A stretch of 62,313 bases of DNA from Mizuhopecten yessoensis (taxonomy: Eukaryota): the NCBI RefSeq assembly GCF_002113885.1, contig NW_018480078.1, positions 1,365,584 to 1,427,896 of the forward strand, written 5' to 3'. Positions 47,416-61,900 of this stretch are shown in pieces. The position numbers and the translations under genes are program-made. The notes beneath the pieces were generated by a model. It searched no databases, had not been told where the DNA came from, and saw only the letters and a program-made list of their open reading frames with translations. Each line of letters begins with the position of its first letter. Position 1 is the stretch's first letter.

Positions 47416-50400
47416 GGACATTTAAAACATTTTCTTTTTTGGCGATAATAATGACTACATGAACATATCGTAACTTCTCATGAAGGTAACAGGGCTGAGC
47501 GCATGACTACATGGATACTTCGGGAGCACATGTACAGATAATTTGTCTCATTATTTATGTTATTCAAAGGTATTCAGAAAAAGAAAAAATCTGTGTTCAA
47601 ATGACACATTTCAGACAAAAACAAATCTTTCAACTGTGTCATCAATTGTCATAATTTACATTGTTCTTAGAGGAAAAATGATGCACCCACAACAGTTTTT
47701 CTACACCGATATGAGCACAGGTGAAATGCCTTAAAGGCATGTTGTTACACATTTTAAAGTTATTTTCTGTTCTTTGTAGATTTATTTATCACAGAATAAC
47801 AACGCTCCGTTATATATTTTAAAGTTAACTTTGGAATGTCTGACAAATCTCATAAATCTTTAACAAGTTAACAAATAAATATTTCAATAACTTTATGTTG
47901 AATGAATTCGACAGTCATCATGCAAAAGTTGTTTATGTCAATTTGAATATTGGACAATATATAACAATATTATTGCTATATATAGATTTCAACTTATTTT
48001 AAATAACAGAAGCATTGTATAGGGATAATTCTATTGATGCGGGATATAGAAAACAGAAACCCAGTTCCAAGTTTATGCATATTCAAAATACAATTCACGT
48101 GTCTTGCTGAACATGTCAAAGCTTATTATCAAAAATAGCATATCATTACGTGGATGTTGAAGTCAAACTGTCGTCAATAAATAATATGTTCGTTAGAATG
48201 TGTCCATTATAATAAACCAGTTAGACTATCTTTACTTCGTCCGGCTCTACTGAATTAAAATGCTTATATATGTATATACACATAGATACGTTTTAGACAC
48301 AGTCGACGAGGACGCCGAACCGATATCAATAAATTCAAATGATAAAACTACCGATTACCTTGTAAGTATCTCAGCAGTGCTTTAAACACGTCTTGTCGTG
48401 GCGAAAGATATCTCTCCACTGAACTTAAACGTAGGTAAAGGAAGACCGGAGTGACTGGATAATAGGGAATTTTTGAAAAATCTATTTTTAAATTATCGTT
48501 AATTATTGGAATTCCATAAAAGTCTATCTTTACGTCGCTGTACCTAAAACGGGACATTACCCAGAACAGGACACGTGTGGCAATTCGGCCCAGGAAACTG
48601 TCATGCAATGCAAAGAAATACATTTATTTATGTAGTTTTCTCTTGGTAGTACTTTTATGACAATTTAACAGTATATACACTCTATTGGCTGCTACATGGA
48701 CAATTTAAATGTAAGAATAATTGAAAAAAACAAAAAAAACGTGATTTACGTGATTTATTTGGATATCATTTTCGAAAGTGTATTTGATCAAAATTGATGC
48801 TAGTTAGGAAAAGAAATTTAATCAGAACCCCATTTGAACTATATATACTATTATGCTTAAATTGATTGTTCATCTCCCAATAATGGCCAAAATACTGAAA
48901 TGTCTCGTTAAGGGTATAGTAACACCTGTTCAAAAGCCTACGTGACTCTGATAGTATTTAACGTTCTATTTATAGAACCACGTTAGAAAGTTACATACGC
49001 ATGTGATATCATATAATAGATATTCACAAATGTATTTAATTGTAATAGATATATAGTTAACTGTAATGAAGTTATCTGTAAGATAACAGTGCATTGTAAC
49101 TTGAAAGAAATCTCTATTTCAATACAAATATTTATTATATCTAATGATAAAGATATTTCAACTTGTAAGCAATACACATATGTAACTAGTAATGGGCACT
49201 ATATTTTTTTTTTATCAAAATCAATTATTAATCAATTTTGGAATAATGTGGTACATTGTCATTGGTAAGTATTAAATGTTAATTTAGCTTGCCATGGTTT
49301 CCAGTATTCTGAAATAAGTAATAAACCTGTGGATGATTTTACCAAGTACTACTGCACATGAATGAAAGAAGTAGACTCAAGATAAGTGACAGATTTAAAG
49401 TTTTATTTTTGATATCATATATGGTGCAAAAGCTACAGTCCAAAAAAGTTTCTAACTTGTACTTCACAATGTTTGATCCTATTACTGTCTTTCAACAGAA
49501 ACCAAGTTTTTTTGCCACTACCAACTAGCTGTCAACTTCAATAGAGTCGCAGTAATTTACCGACACAAATTATTTAAAGTATCAAATCTAGATTCACAGG
49601 TACAATGTGTGTATTGTTTTATTAAATACACGTAGACCCGCTACAGGATACAATAAATCATAATTAATTTCACAACACATTACCTTGGTGCTGTAATATT
49701 TCTGTCCTATTCCAAGTCCTTTCCTTACCCCAACACACTCGCTAGGAACCTCAGGAAGATAACGAAATTGCAGCGTATACTAATACAAACATGTAGCTGA
49801 AAATATCAGCTTTATTAAATTATGACCATCACCCTGACCATACCCCATATTTCCTTCGGAACGTGTTTATTTCATCTTATTTTGCATTGAGAACACAGGA
49901 AAGTGTTTATCGTTCCGCAATGTCCATAGCTCAAACAGATCATCACCAATATAGGCAAGGCATGAACCCTCAGGGTTCCATGCAAAAAGTGGATGGTATC
50001 AATGTTTGAAAAATTAACAAACATGTTTTTGAATTGATAGTATGGTATAAAGTAGCATGATGCTTAACAAGGTCCCATTTGGGGTACAGTGATGTTACAT
50101 ACAAGACGCAATAGTTCCTCTGTTAAGCTAAAAGGACAAAGGAATGCGGCACAACATTTAAGTCTAGAACATTATACGAACATAGTCATATGATACTTTT
50201 AACATATCTTTTGCTGCTCCTATAAAAACAAGCATTCCTTAAAAACAATTTTGATTTACAAACAACTTTTACTCCTAAGCGTTTCTTTTTCATGGATGTA
50301 TTGTCAAAAGAGATATGTGTGATCCCCTCTTTATGTTGTTGTTCAACCTGTTAACTGAGATCAGCTGCACGATTGATGTTAATGTAACTTAGAAAATATT

Positions 50401-50503
50401 TAAACCTTGAACTACAGATGATGGCTACGAGAACCTTTAATACACAGTACATCTTCCGTGATTGATACAGGTATGCTTTAAGTGTCATCAAGATAATTTT
50501 TAA

Positions 50504-53500
50504 GGTTTAAAGCAAGGACACCAACAATCAGAAGAACTTTACTAATACATGTAGTATGCATCCCTTTAATTCTAAGGGGATACTAAATAATGCAGAAATG
50601 ATTGGCGGTCCCTTGTTATAATATTTAGAATTCATGGTCGTCCCCATGATTTGTATATGGAAATATGATATTTCTTTGTGTGGTATGAAGGTCGAAGTGT
50701 TTGATTATGCTCATTAATGTACCTTTTGGTGTTGTTATCTCTATCCCAGTTCTCAGTGGGAGGACGTGACATTACTTGGACTTGTCCTAGACTTACATGG
50801 CACCTGGGCCCGTATTAATGAAACCGTTCTCATGATCAAGAATATATTTTGTGCTCAAGCCTAATTTATTGTTAAGGTTTTAAATCAGTAAGTAAATCTT
50901 CATTCGCCAAGGTTTTGGAAATATTATGAAGCCAAATATTGATTTCATTGTTTATTTTTGACTTTTCGATCGTTTGAAATAATTTAGGCGAGCTACCGGG
51001 ATCTGTTCCCCAGCATCGACACGGAAATACCTTATAAACTCATTCACCCCTAAAATTGCATAATGAACTATTCTAGCCTTTGAATTGGAAGAGTTCAAAT
51101 TTGTTTTCAGGGGGGAATGAGTTTAACACAAAAAACTAACACACTTACCGAATATACATTGTTGCAAGTTTCCGTTTAGCTAAACCTTAGAGGCGGTTGC
51201 GGTGGCCTATATGTTGTATAAAACATATCGGACTTGTCCTTATCAGAAAAAATTATGTACGAACAGACAGGTAATTTACTTTGTGTAAGATCGATTATTA
51301 GCTCGTTATCCTGTTGCTATCTCACAGTGACAGCTATCAGCCTCGGTGTTAATGATTTGTCCGTGTGTAACAGGCAATACTTATATGCAAAATAATGACA
51401 CAAAACCATAATGAATTGTTTCAGAAATATTTAATGTTAGAGAAAAACAGAAAATTATATATGGTTTGATGCGTTTTTATATATCATTTTAATGGAAATA
51501 CTGTTTAGAAATAGACATAATGTGAATTTTCTTTCACAGAAAGTTTCCATGTTAGGTAGGATCGAGATATATTTCCCAACACAAAACATTAATTTAGGGT
51601 ATATACAGATGCATCAAGTTCTCGTTTCTCACAAACAAAAATAAGATTTAACGCCCGCCAATTTTCGGTCAATGATTAGTTAGCCAGGACACCTGTGCGC
51701 TTGATCATAGTATTTTCAGTTATGTCGAGTCATACCCGATATTTTATGAACAATGGAACACATGGGACATTGAAACGTATATAGTGAAACATTAAATTCA
51801 TATACTATGAATTTCAAAATAGGTTCAATCCTAAATCGGGAACCTAACAATAACCGCGAACAAGGCAACAAGAAAGATTTTCAGATTAACATGACAGGGT
51901 TGTTCACAGGACATTTTTCAGTTATCTATAAAAATGAGGAATAACGTGATAACTTGAATACGTTAAAAAAATCTGAGACACACGTTGACGGTACAACTAC
52001 ATGTTTTTGTACCACGTTAATAACAATTTACCAAGTATGTACAGTATTTAGAGGTTATTATATGACTATTTTGATATCACACCCTTTATCAGCTGAGACC
52101 TTGATATCAGCATAAGGGCCGCATGCTGATATTAGGTCATTGGCTGATTAAGGGTGTGATATCAAAAAAATAGTTTCATAACCTTTTATCACACATTTTG
52201 AAAAACAAAACATTTTTTTGGAACAATTCAACTTCTAATCAACATAATCAACATCAGAATAAACAAACATGAGCACTTCTGTTTCTATCCGTCAAAGTTC
52301 TGTGTAATAAAAGACCAAAAGTCAGAAACAGCGCGAGCTGACCAGTCCTATCAATGACCAAACTTCAGAATCGTTCATTATCTGAAATGTTACTATCGTC
52401 TGCGCCGGGAACCGAGGCGCCTAAACGTAAAACTGAAATCCGTAGTGAAGAACCCAGATGAAGTGATATCAGCCCGGGTTGATAACTAGTTATCGGCCCA
52501 TGTTGGTGAAAGAACTGTTTATCAGCCCGGACACTGATATGACAAAACAAACAGCACTTGTATCACATGGGCAAAATGTATATTACCAGAGACAAAGTGT
52601 GATAAAATAAAGGCATTAACAGGACAGTTGTGAACTTTAGAAAACACAAATTGTGAACCTTATCCTAACCTCAAATAACAGTCATTTGTTGACAATGGAA
52701 GTGTTATTTGCTGATAGAAGAGATATAGTAATTAAAGCCGTTGTTTCCACTTAAAAATACTCGTCTCTGGGTCACAGCAAAATAATTGTGACAGTACTTT
52801 TCTTGCTTTTACACCGGTATCCATCCATGTTTGAGTAAGGAAACAATGTTTTACCCTCAAATGTTTACAAATCCAACAGCTGGTAAACATTATACTTCAT
52901 AGTGATACGTCACGTTTGATGGGCTTTTGCCTTTTTATAATGGGTTATGAATGATGTTTTGTAAATTTTGAGAATTTCTTACATATATTTTTCTGCTTTT
53001 AAATATTGTTTGTTATTATCCTTAAGCATGGCGCTAATGGTTACTTAATTGCCAAACACTGTAATATTTACCTACAGTATGCCAATGACTATCACTTGAC
53101 TACCAATATGAATTATATTTTTATGACTTTATGACTTTAACGACTTTACTTTGAGAATAACATGTATCAACTTTCCTTTTTCTCAGCAGTAAATATATCA
53201 GTCTCCAAAGGTATTATCATGTCACAATTGGTTTGCTACTTTAAAATATTTTGAAGTATCAGACGTTTCATCTTTGCGAGTTTCCTTTTGAACTAGATAT
53301 ACATAGTCAGTGTTTTATATCGCGGATACATCAATATCCTGACCTTGGTTTCAACTTCGACCTTCCGTGTCTGCGATGACTTAACCTGATATAAGACTGT
53401 TCAGTCTGTCTTCGTTGGAACGTTGATGACATACACAATTTCTTGAATTTGACAGGAGACACCTGGGCAGGTACCACAGGTTGTGCGAGAAACGCTCACT

Positions 53501-53870
53501 CTTCCAGATTTATGGTGCTGCATCCGGGTTTATTGCAGGAAGCAGTATGGGGTGTACTTTCATAAAGATAACATAGACATACTTGTTTCTATCTAACTTC
53601 ACAGCATTGTATATGCTATTATGAACGTGACTGTCACCAAATGCTGTATTGAATCTCATGTGGTTGCTGTCCTTTTTATGGACGTATTTGCCCACTTTAT
53701 CTGAGACCCGCTGTACCAGTCTTGTATGCTTGACAGTAGCATGGCGTGTCTACTATGTCAGAATAAATCACTTCTTAGCTAACATGGCGCTGGTTCCTGC
53801 ATCAGCTTAGCAGAAATAGCCAACTCCGCGGCATCCTGTGGCTCCGTGGTACCAGCATACCTTCCCTGTG
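50504..53870 (+). repeat. Segmental duplication, copy A
   Basis: Near-identical to 58971-62313 (offset 8467 at start, 8443 at window end), with scattered substitutions and small indels. Confidence 0.95.
52045..52606 (+). mobile_element. Non-autonomous DNA element with a long internal palindrome, possibly Crypton-like (duplicate at 60528-61067; relatives at 36398-36774 and 55651-56014)
   Basis: Starts TAGAGG.TATTA.ATG, has a hairpin at 52069-52167, then TTTATCACA, and ends TGTGATAAA. The family name comes from memory of similar mollusc repeats and is unverified. Confidence 0.45.
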
Positions 53871-56800
53871 GTAGATGACTCTTCAGTGTGACTATTAATA
53901 TAAAAACAATCATATAATAGACTATAAGTAGAGACACTCTTCTCTTGAATCCTAACATTGATAATAGCTTACAGGTATTTACTGAAAAAGTGTATTAATC
54001 ATATGTGTGACTGAATCGAATGGATGAAGCAAAAATAGAAAGAATTAACAGGAATGTTAGAAATATTCATATATGGCTATTCTGCATATCAAATAACACA
54101 GTGTGCTGGTAAATGTTTATCCATTTCTTCATTGGAAAGAGACGGAATGCCTTACTTATTTGCATACAAAACGGTTTTGTATACTGAAACATGAAACATG
54201 TTATACTACCTGGTTATTTTTAAATAAGGAGCAGTTCCCAAATCAAATCACCTTTTGAAAAATTACTTTCAAATCAACCAATGTGTCAACAGTTAAGTTA
54301 TTACAGCGATATAGCGTTATAATACATAGTCGGGCATTATATTTTGTCAACAGATGGTTAATTTTTAAATTTAAATAGCACCAGGAGATGTATTTCAAAC
54401 TCGAAATTTTGTGTTATTTGCTAACGATGTAAAAAAAATGACACGTGCGCGACCTATGCGTTCTGTTTCGCATGAAGGAATAAATCTAGATCATAAAAAA
54501 TCTTTGTATTCATACTAATTCCAAAGGTCATCACCACATGTGAAAATGCTAACAAATGTGTTCATTTGAAGTGGATGATAAAGCAAAATTCGAGTCGTGA
54601 TTCGTTTTCGGCACAGACATTTGCAAAATTGATGATGTCCGAGTTTTTTTTTATATCTCACATTGGACACGGGCTTTTTCATTTCATTAGTAAGAACACT
54701 CGTCAATATTCTTCTATGTGATACAACCATATTTGAATATAACTCATTCTTTACAAACCTTTCGGACAATCTCCATTTCGATTCCTGATGCATTTATAGT
54801 AAATCGCTAAAGATGCTATGCCTAAGACGTAACCCAATATTGGCATTACCACCATCAAGACAGTTTCAAGTTGCACATCTGAATGAAAAAAAATATTTAT
54901 ATTTTTTAATAGTCCAATATGTGTTTAACACTAATATTTCATAATGAGTCCAATACTTCCACATGTTTTTGGCCCTGTCAAGTGTATCTTAGCTTTTAAA
55001 CAAATACTACACCAATTTACACATTAAAATTAGACCCGTTTACATTCAATGCGTTTTTCTGTTTAAAACAAAATAAAATAGTACTATAATCAGAGCCTCC
55101 CGTTTACATACCTGAAGAATTGCATGCCTCTTCAGTTATGGTCTGTTGTGCTAGGTAATAAAGTTAACATAATAAGACAATTGAAAAAACCAACAATACA
55201 AACAGAAAAAAACAATATATATTAGTTGAAGCTAAAAAGACATTTTAAAATATACCAAAAACTATAAATATGAAATAATTGGCAAAGGGCTAATTATCGA
55301 ATATACAATTTAACAAAATTCAAGATTATACCATTGGGGGATAATGTGAAAATCTTTCTTTGTATTTTTAATAAATTAACTTTATAAATTGCTTATCTTA
55401 CCGATCTTTTTGGCTTGCTATTTTTAGGAATCGTGGAAAACTTTTAATTTGTATAAATCAGCTACCTTGACATCTTTACAGGTTGACGTATTGCTCTTCG
55501 ATGTATGCTTACCATGTGAGCTCCTCTGAGAGAAGTAACAACTTATTGTACCCTTATATTGCATGTTTCGAGGTTTTCAGTGACCAAAAACGTATCACCT
55601 GGCTAGCGACTAGAAGCATACTTCATTTTATAGGCTATTTCTGGTGTTGATATTTTTTCTCTTACCCTTGAGACAGGTGTATCCACACTTCTCCCGATGT
55701 GAGATATCCTTGTCTCATCCTAGGGTTGAGACGGGGGGATTCCAATATTCATAACAATTATATGACGTCACGTCAACAATTCATCAACGTCACGTCAACC
55801 CTGCATTAAGCCTATACATTTGACGTTACATTAAGTATATGATACATAATGGGAGAACAGGGAAAGAGAAAAGGAATCATTCACCCCCTTGAGGTGAGAT
55901 TGGGAATCCGAACCATTTGGGAAAGATTCTCATGTTTGGCAACTTAAGAATCTCCCCCTCCCCCATCGGGTTGAGAGTCCCCTATCTCACCCCAAGGGGA
56001 TGACAAATTCTATTAGTCTCTATTAAATTGTTCTTGTTAATATCGCTTAAAATGGCGTTCTTGTCTTGTATTGCTGATGGCAACAACTTACCTGGTGCTT
56101 TAGTGAAGGTGTCAGTTGAAGTTTGTAGCGCAGGCGAAGTGGTATCTTCAAGTACTGTATATGTAAAACAAGTAAGCAAATGCTTAAATTCTATTCTTCA
56201 AAGAATGGAATGATGTAACTCTCTGTGTGACACAATCCGAGAAACATGTTAACTTATAACAACTTGGAAAAAAATAAAATTTGTTTTCCAAATCATGGTC
56301 AGAAGTATAAAGGCGAACTTGTTTACCAATATTACCAAATTATCTTTAAGTCAACACTTAAACATGGAAGACTATGTCCATATTGAAGTGATGTATAATG
56401 TTATTATGAGTATAATTATTTATGTCAACTTACCTGTCATCTGCAACATCTTCTTCTTAACTGAAAAATAACGATCACATGAAAAATGGATATGTCTGCA
56501 TTTCTTTTGTAAAGAGTAAAGCGCCAAATGTAAAACCAAAACTATTTTAAAGGTACAGAGAAGTTCTCTATTGTATAATTCTACAGGCAAACATTAATTA
56601 TGTGCAAAAACATTCTGGGCTTTCTTATCAGAGTTTTATTGAAGTGTATGTATGATCAGACCATTTTTGTCACAATATTATTGACAGGTTCACACTGATA
56701 AGCTGGAAGTTTTCAACTTTGGACACACAGGGTGATATCTGCAGCATTACTGATTAAACTTTTTATGGATATCATCATTGATATTAAATTCAAAGACATG

Positions 56801-57369
56801 AGAGCCCGAATGCAGTGATAAAGATAATGCTAAGCTTGATCCTATAATAAAGCTAAGCTGTTCACTAAACTTTCAACAAGCTACGCTGGGTATGAGTATT
56901 TGTTAGATTAACAAAAATGTACAAAATGGTTTTCAAACAACATTATTAATCATTTTTGTTAATCTAATCTAGAAATGTCTGTACATGTGTAAGCTGAGAT
57001 CAAGGATTTTCCTACATATTTTCAAGACAATTTATGAACTATGCTTGTATTCAAGGATAAGAAATGATATTGATAATGATATTACCCCATTATTGTTTTC
57101 TACTTCATTTGGTAAACATTAACTAGAGTCGTAGTTTGAATTTGTATGCCTCACCTTCCATACAATAAAAGTAGCACTGCACTGGTCTGCCTCCCGGACT
57201 CAATGACATGCTGCAAACGTCGGTGTTACATTTCATACACATCTTGAAATGGCAGTATTCTGTCCAATGTGCTTTTCCCACAAGGTATCGGTATGCTATC
57301 TGGAGCGCTCCATTCTCCTTGAACTAGTCCGCACGCTAGGGCAAATAGAAAAGGCATAATTTCTGCCAT
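53222..57369 (-). pseudogene. Grindelwald-like copy 2, frameshifted in the CRD exon
   Basis: Exons 57155-57369, 56434-56460, 56092-56154, 55112-55150, 54759-54878 (TM: VLMVVMPILGYVLGIASLAIYY) and 53222-53292 (VQKETRKDETSDTSKYFKVANQL*), all phase 1. Translation: MAEIMPFLFALACGLVQG...CGKST[frameshift near 57267]WTEYCHFKMCMKCNTDVCSMSLSPGGRPVQCYFYCME. The unshifted frame stops at TAA 57226-57228. Confidence 0.75.
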
Positions 57370-57664
57370 TGTTTTTGCCTAAAATGAAAATAATAAATCA
57401 TTTGATATTAATTTGCATATCATTTGTTGCTAGTAATGAGTTAACAAAATAAATAAACAAAAATCATGAAATGTAGCAAAAATCAAAATAAGTAAATAAT
57501 AAAAAAATAAATATAAAATAATAAAACAATGAAAGCGAAACAATACTACTAATAAATGTAATTCCATCATACTTAAGTATAGGCGACAATGGCTACTCTT
57601 TAAGACAAATATGTTCATTCATTCTTTATTAGCCAAAGGCCCTTAGGTGTATAGGTACATACAT

Positions 57665-58970
57665 CTTTTCAATTTCAATAAATTTTATTGTCAAAGGACA
57701 AATGGATTGGGCACCAGGCAAAGCCTATTTAAGCCCTCTCCAAACACAGTAACAAACAGTGGTACAAGGATAGACATAGACATTAGAACACATACACACC
57801 CATATAAAAAAAGTTGGTATTATCAAATTAATAATCAAATTAGGGGGAAACAACTACTAATACCCATTTTTATTATAATTGAATCTAATGGTTTAAATGA
57901 TACCGAAAAGACATATAAAATATATTATGAAGAGAAAAGAAAAATAATTTGTTGATGGAGCTGCATGTATAAACATTTGATGGGATCAAATTACCGCACC
58001 CAACAGATACAGGCCAAAAAGTCCATTGTATCACACAAGGTCATCCACTGATGAGTTTGGAAATTCAATCCCACCAAATAGTTAAATTTATGCATATTAA
58101 ACACAGTTTAAATATATATTATCAACATGTTGTAAAGCTTTGAATTCTTATTTATGTAGTTGTTTCCCAATATTTATTATTTAGTATAACTGGTCTTCTG
58201 AACCCCAGCCCCCCTCCCCCCTCACTATCAATATTTAAGAATAAACAAAAAGAAGACAAATAGGAAATATTAGTATTAATATTCATGTACCATTTTTGGA
58301 AATCAGAAGAATTACATGGAGTTAATTTTAGTTAATTTTCCTGAATCTTCTAGAACTTGAAATGTAATTGGATATAGATATGAGAATATGTTTGTTTTCA
58401 TTTTCATTATATCTCTCACATCCATTTAGCATGACATCTACTGATAAATGGTTGTGAGATTCATGGAATATATTCTGAAAAAGTACAATACGATCTTCAG
58501 TGTTTTTTTACAATCATGGAAATAATGAGATGATGTTTTAAATCTTGAACCACAAGAACATGCAGAGGATAATCTTTCTGATGGTCGTTATTTAGGTTAC
58601 TGGCCTCATTTCTCAACTGACAAAGAATTATATTAGTTTCCCGATTTCCTAAAATCTTAAAGACATCAGTTGTTCTTGTGTTTGAATTTGGGTTAGGTGT
58701 TATGAACTTTTTGAACTGATAGGCGGAACGAATATTTTGAAGGTCTGAAGCGATATTATATTTTTCATTAAATATGGATGGAAAAAAAGGCATTAGAATA
58801 GTTAACAGTTCGACAAAGAGGAGGATAAAATATTCTAACAGATCTAAGGGTATACAAAGCTAGTGTGGGATCATGAAAATGTGACTCATTGATTTCTTTC
58901 AGGTAATATGGAGTTTCATTATTCATAATCTTGTACATCAGCACCATTTTATGTTGTTGAATAGTTTGAC
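57665..58970 (-). mobile_element. 5'-truncated, decayed CR1-clade LINE
   Basis: Frameshifted ORF2 C-terminus: QHKMVLMYKIMNNETPYYL, YTLR, CRTVNYSNAFF, GNRETNIILCQLRNEASNLNND, CSCG...HYFHDC. The 3' UTR ends GGAGAGGGCTTAAATAGG...CAATAAAATTTATTGAAATTGAAA. Confidence 0.8.
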
Positions 58971-61900
58971 GGTTTAAAGCAAGGATACCAACAATCAGAA
59001 GAACTTTACTTATACATGTAGTATGCATCCCTTTAATTCTAAGGGGATACTAAATAATGCAGAAATGATTGGTGGTCCCTTGTTATAATATTGAGAATTC
59101 ATGGTCGTCCCCATGATTTTTATATGGAAATATGACATTTCTTTGTGTGGTATAAAGGTCGAAGTGTTTGATTATGCTCATTAATGTACCTTTTGGTGTT
59201 GTTATCTCTATCCCAGTTCTCGGTGTGAGGACGTGACATTACTTGGACTTGTCCTAGACTTACATGGCGGGTGTCGTCGATGAAGCAGAAGACACTTACC
59301 ATTGCGGAACACCTGGATCAGTATTAATGAAACCGTTCTCATGATCAAGAATAAATTTTGTGCTCAAGCCTAATTTATTGTTAAGGTTTTAAATCAGTAA
59401 GTAAATCTTCATTCGCCAAGGTTTTGGAAATATTATGAAGCCAAATATTGATTTCATTGTTTATTTTTGACTTTTCGATCGTTTGAAATAATTTAGGCAT
59501 CGACACGGAAATACCTTATAAACTCATTCACCCCTAAAATTGCATAATGAACAATTCTAACCTTTGAATTGGAAGAGTTCAAATTTGTTTTCAGGGGTGA
59601 ATGAGTTTAACACAAAAAACTAACACACTTACCGAATATACATTGTTGCAAGTTTCGGTTTAGCTAAACCTTAGAGGCGGTTGCGGTGGCCTATATGTTG
59701 TATAAAACATATCGGACTTGTCCTTATCAGAAAAAATTATGTACGAACAGACAGGTAATTTACTTTGTGTAAGATCGATTATTAGCTCGTTATCCTGTTG
59801 CTATCTCACAGTGACAGCTGACAGCCTCGGTGTTAATGATTTGTCCGTGTGTAACAGGCAATACTTATATGCAAAATAATTACACAAAACCATAATGAAT
59901 TGTTTCAGAAATATTTAATGTTAGAGAAAAACAGAAAATTATATATGGTTTGATGCGTTTTTATATATCATTTTAATGGAAATACTGTTTAGAAATAGAC
60001 ATAATGTGAATTTTCTTTCACAGAAAGTTGCCATGTTAAGTAGGATCGAGATATATTTCCCAACACAAAACATTAATTTAGGGTATATACAGATGCATCA
60101 AGTTCTAGTTTCTCACAAACAAAAATAAAATTTAACGCCCGCAATTCTCGGTCAATTATTAGTTAGCCAGGACACCTGTGCGCTTGATCATAGTATTTTC
60201 AGTTATGTCGAGTCATACCCTATATTTTATGAACAATGGAACACATGGGACATTGAAACGTATATAGTGAAACATTAAAGTCATACACTATGAATTTCAA
60301 AATAGGTTCAATCCTAAATCGGGAACCTAACAATAACCGCGAACAAGGCAACAAGAAAGATTTTCAGATTAACATGACAGGGTTGTTCACAGGACATTTT
60401 TCAGTTATCTATAAAAATGAGAAATAACGTAATAACTTGAATACGTTCAAAAAATCAGAGACACACATTGACGGTACAACTACATGTTTTTGTACCAAGT
60501 TAATAACAATTTACCAAGTATGTACAGTATTTAGAGGTTATTATATGACTATTTTGATATCACACCCTTTATTGATAAGGGCCGCATGCTGATATTAGGT
60601 CATTGGCTGATTAAGGGTGTGATATCAAAAAAGAAATTTCATAACCTTTTATCACACATTTTGAAAAACAAACATTTTTTTGGAACAATTCAACTTCTAA
60701 TCAACATAATCAACATAAGGATAAACAAACATGAGCACATCTGTTTCTATCCGTCATAGATCTGTGTAATAAAAGACCAAAAGTCAGAAACAGCGCGAGC
60801 TGACCAGTCCTATCAATGACCAAACTTCAGAATCATTCATTATCTGTAATGTTGCTATCGTCTGCGCCGGGAACCGAGGCGCCTAAACGTAAAACTGAAA
60901 TCCGTAGTGAAGAACCCAGATGAAGTGATATCAGGCAGGTTAATAACTAGTTATCGGCCCAAGTTGGTGAAAGAACTGTTTATCAGCCCGGACACTGATA
61001 TGACAAAACAAACAGCACTTGTATCACATGGGCAAAATGTATATTACCAGAGACAAAGTGTGATAAAATAAAGGCATTAACAGGACAGTTGTGAACTTTA
61101 GAAAACACAAATTGTGAACCTTATCCTAACTCAAATAACAGTCATTTGTTCACAATCGAAGTGTTCTTTGCTGATTAGAAGAGATATAGTAATTAAAGCC
61201 GTTGTTTCCACTTAAAAATAACTCGTCTCTGGGTCACAGCAAAATAATTGTGACAGTACTTTTCTTGCTTTTACACCGGTATCCACCCATGTTTGAGTAA
61301 GGAAACAATGTTTTACCCTCAGATGTTTACAAATCGAACAGCTGGTTAACATTATACTTCATAGTGATACGTCACGTTAAATAGGCTTTTGCCTTTTTAT
61401 AAAGGGCTATGAATGATGTTTTGTGAATTTTGAGAATTTCTTACATATATTTTTTTGCTATTAAATATTGTTTGTTATTTTCCTTAAGCATGGCGCTAAT
61501 GGTTACTTACTTACCAAACACTGTAATATTTACCTACAGTATGCCAATGACTATCACTTGACTACCAATATGAATTACATTTTTATGACTTTAACGACTT
61601 TACTTTGAGAATAATTTTCCTTTTCTCAGCAGTACATATATCAGTCTCCAAAGGTATTATCATGTCACAATTGGTTTGCTACTTTAAAATATTTTGAAGT
61701 ATGAGACGTTTCATCTTTGCGTGTTTCCTTTTGAACTAGATATACATAGTCAGTGTTTTATATCGCGGATACATCAATATCCTGACCTTGGTTTCAACTT
61801 CGACCTTCCGTGTCTGCGATGACTTGACCTGATATAAGACTGTTCAGTCTGTCTTCGTTGGAACGTTGATGACATACACAATTTCTTGAATTTGACAGGA

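Noticed and set aside
46944-47462. Longest ORFs in the track (172 aa and 150 aa, repetitive, His/Cys-rich)
   Set aside because: They arise from a 114-bp (3n) tandem repeat that is open in several frames on both strands; no gene context
48348-48623. 91-aa minus-strand ORF with a donor-like end
   Set aside because: No recognisable domain and no compatible partner exon found
55513-55525. 13-nt micro-exon candidate in copy 2 (CTCTCAG...GTAAGC)
   Set aside because: Not 3n, would break the phase-1 chain, and cannot rescue the upstream frameshift
58040-58090. CTGATGAG-TTTGG..CCAAA hammerhead-like start
   Set aside because: No CGAAA follows the stem, and stems I and III cannot be formed
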